NCBI RefSeq assembly: GCF_963921235.1
Contig: NC_086097.1
Location: 34,722,001-34,786,000 of the forward strand
Length of the DNA: 64,000 bases
DNA from: Mobula hypostoma
Lineage: Eukaryota
Direction of reading: 5' to 3'
Below the pieces are notes generated by a model. It saw nothing but the letters and a program-made list of their open reading frames with translations. It did no database searches and was not told the DNA's origin. Below are positions 1-12,029 of this stretch, in pieces; within the stretch, counting starts at the first letter, position 1; each line of letters opens with the position of its first letter. The position numbers were made by a program, and so were the translations under genes.

Positions 1-370
1 TTCAGGAACCGCTTCTTCCCCTCTGCCATCAGTTCTGAATGGATGTTGAATCCATGAACACTACCTCACTACCTTTTTTTGCACTTCTTCATGTGCCTTG
101 CGTGTTAATGCTTGGGCGATCATGGCTTTCCACATCGAACGATCCCACGTAGCGTCAATGATATCTCACACACTTAGATCTGTTAGTTCTTTCACAGTAT
201 CCATATATTTTCTTCTTTGCCTTCCTCTGCTGCATTTTTGCACTACTGATTTAATTTGACTATTTAATATACTTAAATTCTGTTTTTATTACTACGTATT
301 ACAATGTACTACTGCTGCAACAACGCATTTTATGACGTATGTCGGTGATGACCTGATTCTGAGATAAAAT
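1..370 (+). mobile_element. 3' end of a Rex1/Babar-like LINE, interrupted at ~86..234 by a short RTE-like 3' fragment on the minus strand
   Basis: Opens with ttcaggaaccgcttcttcccctctgccatc, similar to the FRNSFFPSAI C-terminus at 44331..44696. The insert is flanked by the direct repeat tttttgcact. Confidence 0.55.
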
Positions 371-2044
371 CTGTCATTTTAGTATTTAAATACAGTATTT
401 TAATTTGTTAAACTACAGATTTAAAATGTGTTCCATTATTTATTTAAACAAGTCTTTTGAAGGAAGCTGAGCAGATATTAATATGTGAAGCCAAGCAGCA
501 GTGCAGTCATGTGTAATTTTTGTTTGAATAATACCATTAGGAAACTTATTAAGCCTTTTTGAAAAAGTTTTTGTAAGGCATTGTTATGAAACAATGATCC
601 TTCATGCTTACAAGACGTGCTTTCTAATGAAATAGTTTAAATTCATGTTGCAAACCTGGTGGTAATAACATTTGAAAATTGCAGACTTTCCCTGTTGGTT
701 TCTGACAAAATGATTTTCCTGTTGAATCTTGCATCTTCTACATGTGTTTCCTGAGAAGGAAGGAAGGAATGGTATGACATCACATGTCACGGTTACATTT
801 TCCAAATAATCATGGTACTTAACATCATGCCATTGCTTATAACAACTTTGTTCCTGTAATTATTTGCGATGTAAATAGTTTTGAAGGCATTGTAACAAGA
901 ATAGTATTTGTGCTGATTTGGGTAATTTAGATGTGTTTGAATTGAAGAGTAAGAAACAGCTAGATAAAAATTTAAAAACTTATGGCAGGGTCAGTCGTGC
1001 TATCTTCAATGGATAATGCATCAACAATTTTGTGATTATACATGTACTTTATTGTGTTGGTTTGGAACACTATCAACGTTTAAATGGTAGCTGGTTAAAG
1101 TGCACAATGACAAAATTTAACTCTTTCATCATTATGGATTTCCCTTATTGTGAGAATCCTGTCTCCAAAAAGGATCTTTTTAAGGAAGTTCCTCTCTCCT
1201 ACATGCACAAATATACATGATACTTTCTGTGATGCAGGACCACACCATGAGTTGCTCCGCTCTGCAGGCTGACTGCATCGGCACATGATGTGTATGGTCA
1301 TCTGATGGCTGGATGCATCACAACTGAGTTCATTTCCTTGTCTTCTATCCACTTAGACACAATGAATGGAAGCATTCTACGCACATTAAGATCATCTGTA
1401 ACCTTTTACTACGTCCATAAAGACCACATGATCATTTAAAAGTGAATTAAACGTTACCAACTATGTTGAACCAATTTCATAAATTGAAAGCAAGCTGAAT
1501 TGTCTCTTTGAGAAAATCTCATGAATGTTACGAAAGGAAGCTTCAAGAAGCCAGTTAGGGAGAGAGGCTTTGCACATTACCCTTTTACCTTTTGAGGTCT
1601 GAATCCAAGCCAGTTTGCTGAGTACAATAAGCCTCTGTCAGTGAAAATGGATTATTTTTAACTGAGGTTAATTGACTAATGAAATGATTGATTAAAAGGC
1701 AATCAATCAAACAGTGATAAATCACAGGATGATTGGATGAGAAGTGGAAAACCAAACTGCTATTCTATTACATGAAGTAGTGATGCAGATTTAGCAGAGT
1801 AAGGAATACTGGATGGTTAAGCATTGGAACAGGAATGAAATGTTGCACTCAAAGCAGTTTGTTGTGCTGTACTGAAGTCTGTCTGTAAGGAACACCAGTA
1901 AAACAATATTTTGACTCATACCTTCAGAAATTAGGAAATTCAGTTCTTTTAGGTAATAGTCATTGTTAACAGTACATTATTCATAATTACTCTACATAAC
2001 CTAAACCTCTGTGGAAATTTATAAATACAAAATACTTGTACGAC

Positions 2045-2290
2045 ACGGTGCAGGTGGCAGAGCAGGTACAACGTTTTACAGCACAGATGATCAGGGTTCA
2101 GTTCCTGCTGCTGCCGGTGAGTTCTCCCTGTCACCGAGTAGGAATTCTCTGGGTGCTTCGGTTTCCTCATGCTATCCAAAGCCATACCAGCTAACTGGTC
2201 ATTGGGCTAGGATTAAATTGGGGGTTGCTGGGTAGTGTGGCTCAAAGGACTGGAAGGGCCTATTCCTTCTTGTATCTCAATGAATAATAA
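2045..2290 (+). mobile_element. Degenerate tRNA-derived V-SINE-like element with CR1-type tail
   Basis: B-box-like gggttcagttcc, V-domain-like gggtgcttcggtttcctc and a CR1-like tail ggactggaagggcctattcc...tgtatctcaat. Confidence 0.5.
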
Positions 2291-3139
2291 TTACATTTTC
2301 AACTGTGTATAACTCTGTGGAGGTAATATGGAATATTAACATGCTGCTATACATAAGGTTCAGCTAATTAAAATAACTGATATCTGCTGCGGATTATTGG
2401 CAGCATCTTTCATCCAAGTCAAAGTTGAATTTGTCAGGTCTAGAAACTTAAGCACATAAATCCTCGGCTTTGCTTGTTTCGGCGGCCAGGGCGAGGTCAA
2501 TGGTGCTCGGGAGGTGGTATCGGAGGGGCTGGTCGGAGGCTCGAAGTTTTCAGATGGACGGACTCAGTGTCAGCTGTTCTCGAGTGCTTCCAATGCATCG
2601 GCAGTTGTCGGTGCCTAGAGGTTTATGGCAGGGAGTTTCTCCCTTTTGCTGCCTGCTTTCAGGGACTCGGGAGTCGATCGGGACTTGAGACTTTTTTTTT
2701 ACCGTGCCCGTAGTCTGCTCTTCATCAAATTATGGTATTGATTTGCACTGCTGTAACTATATGTTATAATTATGTGGCTCTGTCAGTGCTAGTCGTTGGT
2801 TTGTCCTGTTTTTCTGTGATATCATTCTGGAGGAATATTGTATCATTTCTTAATGCATGTATGCTTTTCTAAATGACAATAAATGAGGACTGAGTGTTCT
2901 CATAATCTTAAATAATTTTTTATTTTTAAGGCTGAGGATGTTCCATACTCTTGTTCTATGGATATGATGTTAAACCTAAAGCTCATTTCCCAATGAGGCA
3001 AATAAGAAGAACCCCAGAAGCAATCTAATAATTTACTTCATTGCTGTTTTTTGTGCCGTTGTTCTATTACAGCAATAATTATATTTCAAGAACTTCATGG
3101 AATGCAAATCCCTTTTAGACAACGAGACTATAAAGGGCA

Positions 3140-3258
3140 CTGAAGATGGGTCTCAGCCTAAATTGACTGGTTATTCATTTCCATAGATGCTGCCTGAACT
3201 CCTGAGTTCCTCCAGATTTTGTGTGGGTTGCTTTGGATTTCCAGTATCTGCAGACTTT
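3140..3258 (+). mobile_element. Old, degenerate PLE 3'/hammerhead-tail fragment; target of insertion A
   Basis: ctgaagatgggtctcagcctaaattgactg...catagatgctgcctg...tttccagtatctgcagacttt resembles the young PLE tail and resumes after 6922. Confidence 0.65.
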
Positions 3259-3281
3259 GCAGCATCTATAGGAAGAGGCGC

Positions 3282-3317
3282 AGTCGACGTTTCAGGCCGA
3301 GACCCTTCGTCAGGACT
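3282..3317 (-). ncRNA. Minimal type I hammerhead ribozyme (PLE A, minus arm)
   Basis: Reverse complement reads agtc CTGACGA agggtctcggcct GAAA C GTC gact. Confidence 0.85.
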
Positions 3318-3611
3318 AACTGAAGGAAGAGTGAGTAAGGGATTTGAAAGCTGGAGGGGGAGGGGGAGATGCAAAATGATAGGAGAAGACAGGAGGGGGA
3401 GGGATAGAGCCGAGAGCTGGACAGGTGATAGGCAAAAGGGGATACGAGAGGATCATGGGACAGGAGGTCCGGGAAGAAAGACGGGGGGGGGGGTGACCCA
3501 GAGGATGGGCAAGAGGTATATTCAGAGGGACAGAGGGAGAAAAAGGAGAGTGAGAGAAAGAATGTGTGCATAAAAATGAGTAACAGCTGGGGTACGAGGG
3601 GGAGGTGGGGC

Positions 3612-5011
3612 CTAGCGGAAGTTAGAGAAGTCAATGTTCATGCCATCAGGTTGGAGGCTACCCAGACGGAATATAAGGTGTTGTTCCTCCAACCTGAGTG
3701 TGGCTTCATCTTTACAGTAGAGGAGGCCGTGGATAGACATGTCAGAATGGGAATGGGATGTGGAATTAAAATGTGTGGCCACTGGGAGATCCTGCTTTCT
3801 CTGGCGGACAGAGCGTAGATGTTCAGCAAAGCGGTCTCCCAGTCTGCGTCGGGTCTCGCCAATATATAAAAGGCCACATCGGGAGCACCGGACGCAGTAT
3901 ATCACCCCAGTCGACTCACAGGTGAAGTGATGCCTCACCTGGAAGGACTGTTTGGGGCCCTGAATGGTGGTAAGGGAGGAAGTGTAAGGGCATGTGTAGC
4001 ACTTGTTCCGCTTACACGGATAAGTGCCAGGAGGGAGATCAGTGGGGAGGGATGGGGGGGACGAATGGACAAGGGAGTTGTGTAGGGAGCGATCCCTGCA
4101 GAATGCAGAGAGAGGGGGGGAGGGAAAGATGTGCTTAGTGGTGGGATCCCGTTGGAGGTGGCGGAAGTTACGGAGAATAATATGTTGGACCCGGAGGCTG
4201 GTGGGGTGGTAGGTGAGGACCAGGGGAACCCTATTCCTAGTGGGGTGGTGGGAGGATGGAGTGAGAGCAGATGTACGTGAAATGGAGGAGATGCGTTTAA
4301 GAGCAGAGTTGATAGTGGAGGAAGGGAAGCCCCTTTCTTTAAAAAATGAAGACATCTCCCTCGTCCTAGAATGAAAAGCCTCATCCTGAGAGCAGATGCG
4401 GCGGAGACGGAGGAATTGCGAGAAGGGGATGGCGTTTTTGCAAGAGACAGGGTGAGAAGAGGAATAGTCCAGATAGCTGTGAGAGTCAGTAGGCTTATAG
4501 TAGATATCAGTGGATAAGCTGTCTCCAGAGACAGAGACAGAAAGATCTAGAAAGGGGAGGGAGGTGTCGGAAATAGACCAGGTAAACTTGAGGGCAGGGT
4601 GAAAGTTGGAGGCAAAGTTAATAAAGTCAACGAGTTCTGCATGCGTGCAGGAAGCAGCGCCAATGCAGTCGTCGATATAGCGAAGGAAAAGTGGGGGACA
4701 GATACCAGAATAGGCACGGAACATAGATTGTTCCACAAACCCAGCAAAAAGGCAGGCATAGCTAGGACCCATACGGGTGCCCATAGCTACACCTTTAGTT
4801 TGGAGGAAATGGGAGGAGCAAAAGGAGAAATTATTAAGAGTAAGGACTAATTCCGCTAGACGGAGCAGAGTGGTGGTAGAGGGGAACTGATTAGGTCTGG
4901 AATCCAAAAAGAAGCGTAGAGCTTTGAGACCTTCCTGATGGGGGATGGAAGTATATAAGGACTGGACATCCATGGTGAAAATAAAGCGGTGTGGCCCAGG
5001 GAACTTAAAAT
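3612..5011 (-). CDS. 5'-truncated but uninterrupted PLE ORF: RT, Cys linker and GIY-YIG endonuclease (probably Neptune-type)
   Basis: RT motifs MDVQSLYTSI, GVAMGTRMGPSYA and RYIDD; linker CKRNKCYTC; endonuclease GVIYCVRCSRCGLLYIGET...RFAEH...VATHF; no stop over ~465 codons. Confidence 0.9.
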
Positions 5012-6487
5012 ACCTCGACACTGTTTTATCACCCCTTGTTCAATCCCTTCCGACCTATGTTCGTGACACTTCTCACGCTCTTAAACTTTTCGATGATTTT
5101 AAGTTCCCTGGCCCCCACCGCTTTATTTTCACCATGGATGTCCAGTCCTTATATACTTCCATCCCCCATCAGGAAGGTCTCAAAACTCTACGCTTCTTTT
5201 TGGATTCCAGACCTAATCAGTTCCCCTCTACCACCACTCTGCTCCGTCTAGCGGAATTAGTCCTTACTCCTAATAATTTCTCCTTTTGCTCCTCCCATTT
5301 CCTCCAAGCTAAAGGTGTAGCTATGGGCACCCGTATGGGTCCTAGCTATGCCTGCCTTTTTGTTGGGTTTGTGGAACAATCTATGTTCCGTGCCTATTCT
5401 GGTATCTGTCCCCCACTTTTCCTTCGCTATATCGACGACTGCATTGGCGCTGCTTCCTGCACGCATGCAGAACTCGTTGACTTTATTGCCTCCAACTTTC
5501 ACCCTGCCCTCAAGTTTACCTGGTCTATTTCTGACACCTCCCTCCCCTTTCTAGATCTTTCTGTCTCTGTCTCTGAAGACAGCTTATCCACTGATATCTA
5601 CTATAAGCCTACTGACTCTCACAGCTATCTGGACTATTCCTCTTCTCACCCTGTCTCTTGCAAAAACGCCATCCCCTTCTCGCAATTCCTCCGTCTCCGC
5701 CGCATCTGCTCTCAGGATGAGGCTTTTCATTCTAGGACGAGGGAGATGTCTTCATTTTTTTAAAGAAAGGGGCTTCCCTTCCTCCACTATCAACTCTGCT
5801 CTTAAACGCATCTCCTCCATTTCACGTACATCTGCTCTCACTCCATCCTCCCACCACCCCACTAGGAATAGGGTTCCCCTGGTCCTCACCTACCACCCCA
5901 CCAGCCTCCGGGTCCAACATATTATTCTCCGTAACTTCCGCCACCTCCAACGGGATCCCACCACTAAGCATATCTTTCCCTCCCCCCCCTCTGCATTCCG
6001 CAGGGATCGCTCCCTACACAACTCCCTTGTCCATTCGTCCCCCCCATCCCTCCCCACTGATCTCCCTCCTGGCACTTATCCGTGTAAGCGGAACAAGTGC
6101 TACACATGCCCTTACACTTCCTCCCTTACCACCATTCAGGGCCCCAAACAGTCCTTCCAGGTGAGGCATCACTTCACCTGTGAGTCGACTGGGGTGATAT
6201 ACTGCGTCCGGTGCTCCCGATGTGGCCTTTTATATATTGGCGAGACCCGACGCAGACTGGGAGACCGCTTTGCTGAACATCTACGCTCTGTCCGCCAGAG
6301 AAAGCAGGATCTCCCAGTGGCCACACATTTTAATTCCACATCCCATTTCCATTCTGACATGTCTATCCACAGCCTCCTCTACTGTAAAGATGAAGCCACA
6401 CTCAGGTTGGAGGAACAACACCTTATATTCCGTCTGGGTAGCCTCCAACCTGATGGCATGAACATTGACTTCTCTAACTTCCGCTAG
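5011..6487 (+). pseudogene. PLE RT/GIY-YIG ORF, 5'-truncated, frameshifted in the T run at ~5755-5761
   Basis: ORFs 4945..5763 and 5717..6487 together give the same protein as the minus arm, with a 6-bp in-frame deletion near 5487. Confidence 0.9.
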
Positions 6488-6779
6488 GCCCCACCTCCCC
6501 CTCGTACCCCAGCTGTTACTCATTTTTATGCACACATTCTTTCTCTCACTCTCCTTTTTCTCCCTCTGTCCCTCTGAATATACCTCTTGCCCATCCTCTG
6601 GGTCACCCCCCCCCGTCTTTCTTCCCAGACCTCCTGTCCCATGATCCTCTCGTATCCCCTTTTGCCTATCACCTGTCCAGCTCTCGGCTCTATCCCTCCC
6701 CCTCCTGTCTTCTCCTATCATTTTGCATCTCCCCCTCCCTCTCCAGCTTTCAAATCCCTTACTCACTCTTCCTTCAGTT

Positions 6780-6815
6780 AGTCCTGACGAAGGGTCTCGG
6801 CCTGAAACGTCGACT
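6780..6815 (+). ncRNA. Minimal type I hammerhead ribozyme (PLE A, plus arm); predicted cleavage after 6811
   Basis: CUGANGA core, helix II, GAAA, GUC triplet, helix I AGTC/GACT. Confidence 0.85.
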
Positions 6816-7149
6816 GCGCCTCTTCCTATAGATGCTGCTTGGCCTGCTGCGTTCACCGGCAACTTTGATGTGTGTTGCTTGAATTTCCAGCATCTGCAGA
6901 ATTCCTGTTATCTGCAGACTTTCTCGGGTTTATTCTTTTAAAGTGGGAAGCAAGGGTGCCCTCACCTGGTGATTAATAATATTACAGGAAGTATTCAGCG
7001 TAACCAAATTAATCACAGAAGAGAATGGCAAGACTATTTTAAATCGAGTGAAATATTGCTCTCTTCCTTCAGAATCACAGATGATTCTATTTCAACCCCA
7101 CATTCTCATAATGTATAAAATGGACACTTGGATTTGGAACAGTGACTAA

Positions 7150-7460
7150 TCAAAGAGTCAAATCTTGTTTAGCTTGCCCAAGTGAAATTTGTTGTTTTAT
7201 GGCAGCATTATAGTACAAAGACAAACCTGCTATAAATTACAAAATAAATAATAATGAGAAATTCATGGGTTCATGAACCAGTCAGAAATTTGCTGATGGA
7301 CGGGAAGAAGCTGTCCCTGAATTGTTGAATTGAGTCTTCAGACCCCTGTATCTCCTCCCTAATGGTAGTTTTGAGGGCATGACCCAGATGAGGATATCCT
7401 TACTGATGGACAGTCCCTCTATGGCACTGCCTCTTGAAGATCTTTGATGGGAGGGAGGGC
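7150..7460 (-). mobile_element. Old Rex1-like LINE 3' fragment
   Basis: Resembles 44140..44500 (gggaagaagctgtccctgaattg...gagggcatg). Confidence 0.5.
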
Positions 7461-8413
7461 TTTGATTTTATACAAACTATTATTTATACAATTTGTATAA
7501 TTGCTAAGTCCTCCTAAATGGTACGATAGAACAAAGCGGGGGAGAAGATCGGCTATGATTCTGTATACATACTGTATATGAATGCTACAGGCAGACACAG
7601 TGCCTCAGTCAGTAAGCCTACAAAATCACACTCTGTTAAACATCATAATGCACTTGCCATAAAAACAATTCATTTTTCTTTTCAGTGGAGTGAATTAAGG
7701 TGGAATAATTCCTTTGAAACCTGATCATTTCAAACAATTTCCATGTGTTGCTAAAACTTCTTCAGCATATCTATTTTGTGTACAAAGTGTTCTTGGCGCC
7801 ACATTGAACATATCTTGCTTTAAATGATCTGGCAGACTGAGACACATCACACGAGCAACAGCCTGATCTTGAGATTTTATTTTACAAGAAATTGAGAGGA
7901 AAAACCTGACATTCCACTTGAACCACATTTTATCCCAGGTCCACGCTAATCTATTTATTTATTTTTACTTACTCAAAGAGTGAAGGTATTTGATATAACC
8001 AGCATTTATTGTCCTGTTCGGTGCTGGTGAATCACCATTTTAAGGCAATTCAGTATAGGCATAATCCTCTGGGGTATGAAGCTTCAGGGTTTAGAATTGC
8101 GATTGATTTCAGGACTTCTAGCTGAGATTTCATCTGCTTCCGGGGTCACCTTGTTTTTGTGGCAACCAGAAGGCTTATCAGGTTGCTGATCCTACAGGAG
8201 AACTGAATGACCCTTTAAAACAAGAACCACTGCAGTCCCCTTTAACACATGGGAAGAGAATGTGAATGCCCACTTTAACGCATCGATATTGATCGTTGCG
8301 GGCCCTTTAACACATGGAGCTGCAGTTCCTTTGATAGAGTCATAGAGCTCTACAGCACAGAAACAGGCCATTTGGCCCATTGAGTCTGGGCCAAACTGTT
8401 ATTAAGCCTAGAC

Positions 8414-8463
8414 CAGGGGTTCCCAAATTTTTTATGGCATGGACCCCAGGTTGGGAATCCCTG
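8414..8463. mobile_element. 50-bp hAT-like mini-MITE
   Basis: TIRs caggggttcccaa / ttgggaatccctg; imperfect 8-bp TSD gcctagac / gctaagac. Confidence 0.55.
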
Positions 8464-8479
8464 GCTAAGACCCATCATT

Positions 8480-9925
8480 CCAGGGCGGGTACTCAGGATG
8501 TGCACGGCACAACTGGCAGGTGTGTTTACATAATTTTTAATCTTTCCCTCTCCCAGTGTAGAGTACCCTCCTGCTTCAAAACATCCACCATTGTTCCTGT
8601 GTCTAAAAAGACCAAGGTAACATGTCTGAACGACTGGCGTCCTGTCGCACTCACCTCAATAGTAAACAAATGCTTTGAGAGGCTGGTTAAGGATTGCAGC
8701 TGCGGCTCGCTACCACCCAAACTGGACCCACTACAGTTCACCTACTGACACAACCGATTGACAGATGATGCAATAGCCACAGCTCTACACACTGTCCTTA
8801 CACAACTGGAGAAGAGGGATGCTTATGTGAGAATGCTGTTCCTGGACTACAGTTCAGCATTCAACACCATAATTCCCTCCAGGCTCGACAAGAAGCTCAG
8901 AGACCTCCGCCTTCACCCTGCCTTGTGCAGCTGAATCCTGGACTTCCTGTCAGATCACTGGCAGGTGGTAAGAGTGGGCTCCCTCACCTCCACCCCTCTG
9001 ACACTCAATGCAGGTGCTCCTCAGGGCTGTGTCCTAAGCCTCCTCCTTTACTCTCTGTATACCCATGACTGTTTTGCCACCCACAGCTCCAATCTGCTAA
9101 TTAAATTTAGTAACAATACTACATTGATTGGCCTTATCTCAAATAATAACGAGGCAGCCTACAGAGAAGAAGTTATCACCCTGACACAGTGGTTCAAGAA
9201 AACAACCTCTCCCTCAATGTCGCAAAAACAAAGGAGCCAGTTGTGGATTACAGGAGGAATGGAAACAGGCTGACCCCTATTGACATCAATGGATTTGGGG
9301 TTGAGAGGGTGAACAGCTTTAAGTTCCTTGGCATACACTTCTCCGAGGATCTCACTTGGCTGTGTGGTGAAAAAAGACACAACAGTGCCTCTTTCATCTC
9401 AGATAGTTGAAGAAGTTTGGTGTGGGCCCCCAAATCCTAAGGACGTTCTACAGGGGCACATTTGAGAGCATCCTGACTGGATGCATCACTGCCTGGTATG
9501 GGAACTGTACCTCCCTCAATCACAGGACTCTGCAGAGAGTGGTGTGGACAGCCCAGTGCATTTGTTGTTGTGAACTTCCCATGGTTCAGAACATTTACAA
9601 AGACAGGTGTGTTAAAAGGGCCCAAAGAATCTTTGGGGACCCGAGTCACCCCAATCACGATCTATTCCAGCTGCTACCATCCGGGAAACGGTACCGCAGC
9701 ATAAAAGCCAGGATCAACAGACTCCGGGACAGCTTCTTCCACCAGGCCATCAGACTGATTAATTCATGTTGATACAATTGTACTTCTATGTTACATTGAC
9801 TGTGTGTTGTACATACTATTTATTACAAATTTACTATAAATTGCACATTTAGACGAAGATGTAACATAAAGATTTTTACTCATATACGTGAAGGATGTAA
9901 ATAATGAAGTCAATTCAGTTCAAAA
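8480..9925 (+). mobile_element. Rex1/Babar-like LINE, 5'-truncated, degenerate RT
   Basis: Peptides [64 protein letters not shown], with stops and frameshifts. Confidence 0.85.
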
Positions 9926-10292
9926 TCTTGACTATAGCCCTACATATCGAAACTTCTCTTAAAAACCTGGGAGCCTGTTAATATGTAATGTGTGATTGTT
10001 CCTGGGTACTTTAATACGAGGGGGAAGTTGTGGTCCTTTTAAATACACAGGTTGATTGGTTGGAGCATATTAATATCTGGGGGGGGAGTGGTTGGATGGG
10101 GTGGTGGAGTGTGTTTACTCCAAGTTCTTTTTAATCCAAGGAAGAGATTGCTTTTCTTTGAATTAATAGATCATTATTGTTTAGAGGCCTGGTAGATGTT
10201 TACTCCTGGCTTCTTTAATACAAGAGGAATAAAAGTTTGTGGTCTCTTTAACATGGGGAGAGGTGGTGAATTAATACTCCTGGCCCCTTTAA

Positions 10293-11720
10293 CAGACATC
10301 CCACCTCTCCCGGAAGTTCTGGGAGTCTCCCGCATATCGATAGTGGCTCCCTGATGCCCACAAATTATATACAATATCCCGGGAATAGGTTTTTTTGAGA
10401 GGGAGAGGGAGAGCGAGCATCCTGATTGGTCTCTCTTTGTGCTAAGAGTGGTCTCTAACCACCGGGCCGCAAGAAAACGATATAATTTAGTGACATGAAA
10501 CAATATGAGTCAGCTGCACCTTTCCTCTTTCCCTGTCACGCCCACTGTTGAACTTGAACGCACGTGAGGTCATCACCCACACGTCATCCATGTCAGCGCG
10601 GGAAAAAGATCAACTCTTCGAGCTTGCAAATGACGGCGGGTTGAAAGGTATGGTTGACGTAACATCTCTGCTGGCAATCTGGATCAAAGTCAAGGCTGAA
10701 TATCCTGAGATAGCCACGGAAGCACTGAAAATGATGCTTCCATTTCTAACATATCTCAGCAAAGCGGAGTTTTCTGCAATGAATGCAACGAAAACTAAAT
10801 TGCGGAATAGACTGGACGTAAGGAATCCCCTTCGAGTATCGCCGTCTCCCATCACCCCTCGATAGGACCGTCTTGTTGCAGGAAAACAAGCCCAGGGCTC
10901 CCACTGATTCAGTGATATTGGTGTGTTGCAATGATTTTATATGTTCATACGAGGAAAATATGTGCTGTGTGTTTAACAGCCAAACGTTGCTTAAAATGTT
11001 ATGATGCTATTGACTTATAATTGACTTGTCACTATATTCATGTGAGGAAAATATGCACTGAGTGTTTAATATTAAATTCGGTAGATAAACCCTTTTAGAA
11101 ACAAAATTGAGTGGATTAGCTACTTATAAGTGACCCACGGTTGACTTATCACCTATATTCCGGTTGTGACTAACACCCCCGCCCCCGGTCAGCCAGTCCG
11201 CAAGAATATTGTCAATACTAAACCAGTCCGCAGTGCAAAAAAGGTTGGCGACCCCTGCTTGATAGACCTATGTATGAGTTTTCTCTGTGGTCGGGCTTTC
11301 CAGTCGACCTCAAAAATAATGACAGTGTTGCTTGCTGCACTGTTTGCAACAGTGACTTTTCTATTGCCTATGGTGGGTTAAAATGTAAAAGACATGTTGA
11401 GGTGAGTCTAACAGGTGTCATTCGTTCATTTTTTTTTAAACTAGCTGGCTGGCTGCCAAGACGCTACGCTATTGATGCCCTACGTGATGAGGCCAAACTC
11501 CCTGTAGACTTGCTTAAAGTTGTAATAGAATAAACATGATAATATAAGTACATATTTTAGTGTCACATTTTCTGCATATACCCAACTTGGTTTACAGATT
11601 AGACAAAATCACTAAACAAAGTATTACATACACCCTTGGAGGTTGGGTGGGGGGAATATGGGGTTGCGGGGGCGGGGGTGCTACCTCCCTGAAATGAGTT
11701 TTTACAGGGTGGGATGTCTG
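10293..11720 (+). mobile_element. Non-autonomous TIR transposon (hAT-like, 6-bp TSD) with a nested Charlie-type hAT
   Basis: 13-bp TIR cagacatcccacc; TSD ctttaa at 10287..10292 and 11721..11726; internal CTVCNSDFSIAYGG...KRH zinc-finger-like peptide; second copy at 61958..62629. Confidence 0.85.
10446..11257 (+). mobile_element. Charlie/hAT deletion derivative with the transposase dimerisation domain
   Basis: WIKVKAEYPEIATEALKMMLPF...FSAMNATKTKLRNRLDV; ends agtggtctctaacc ... ggttggcgacccctg; absent from the copy at 61958..62629. Confidence 0.75.
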
Positions 11721-12029
11721 CTTTAAGACGAGCGAAGAGGATGCAGTCCTTTGAACACATGGGGAGTGAATGCATGTTTACGTAAGGTACTGTCCCTTTA
11801 CCATACAGATGATGATTGTCTGGGTCCTTTCATACCTGGTCGGTGTTCAGTCACGACCATTTTAATGTAAGTGAAAGGATTGCAGTCCGTTTAATATACG
11901 GAGAGTGAATGTCTGTGATCGTTTAAATACAAGTGGACTGAATGCTGCTAGCGCCTTTAGTAAAAGGTAAATTGCAGTCATGGAGAGCGAGAGCCTGTAA
12001 TACAAGGCCGGTTCATGGTCCGCCCCTTT

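Larger units (their letters stand above)
3259..6908. mobile_element. PLE insertion A: tail-out inverted doublet (minus arm 3259..5011, plus arm 5010..6908)
   Basis: TSD tatctgcagacttt at 3245..3258 and 6909..6922. Near-identical ~1.75 kb inverted arms with a ~85 bp spacer and junction microhomology 'at' at 5010..5011. Confidence 0.95.

Noticed and set aside
400..2000. Possible last exon or 3' UTR of an upstream gene
   Set aside because: No recognisable coding similarity in the short ORFs.
3187..3818. Recurrent ORFs such as AAGQAASIGRGAVDVSGRDPSSG... (also 6281, 26763, 40798)
   Set aside because: Antisense readings of the PLE 3' region, repeated only because the element is repeated.
3259..6908. 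Palindromes as pure assembly artefacts, or as DNA transposons with giant TIRs
   Set aside because: Each has its own TSD, asymmetric arm ends, a spacer and arm-specific variants, and encodes RT/GIY-YIG rather than transposase. A read-level check is still advisable.
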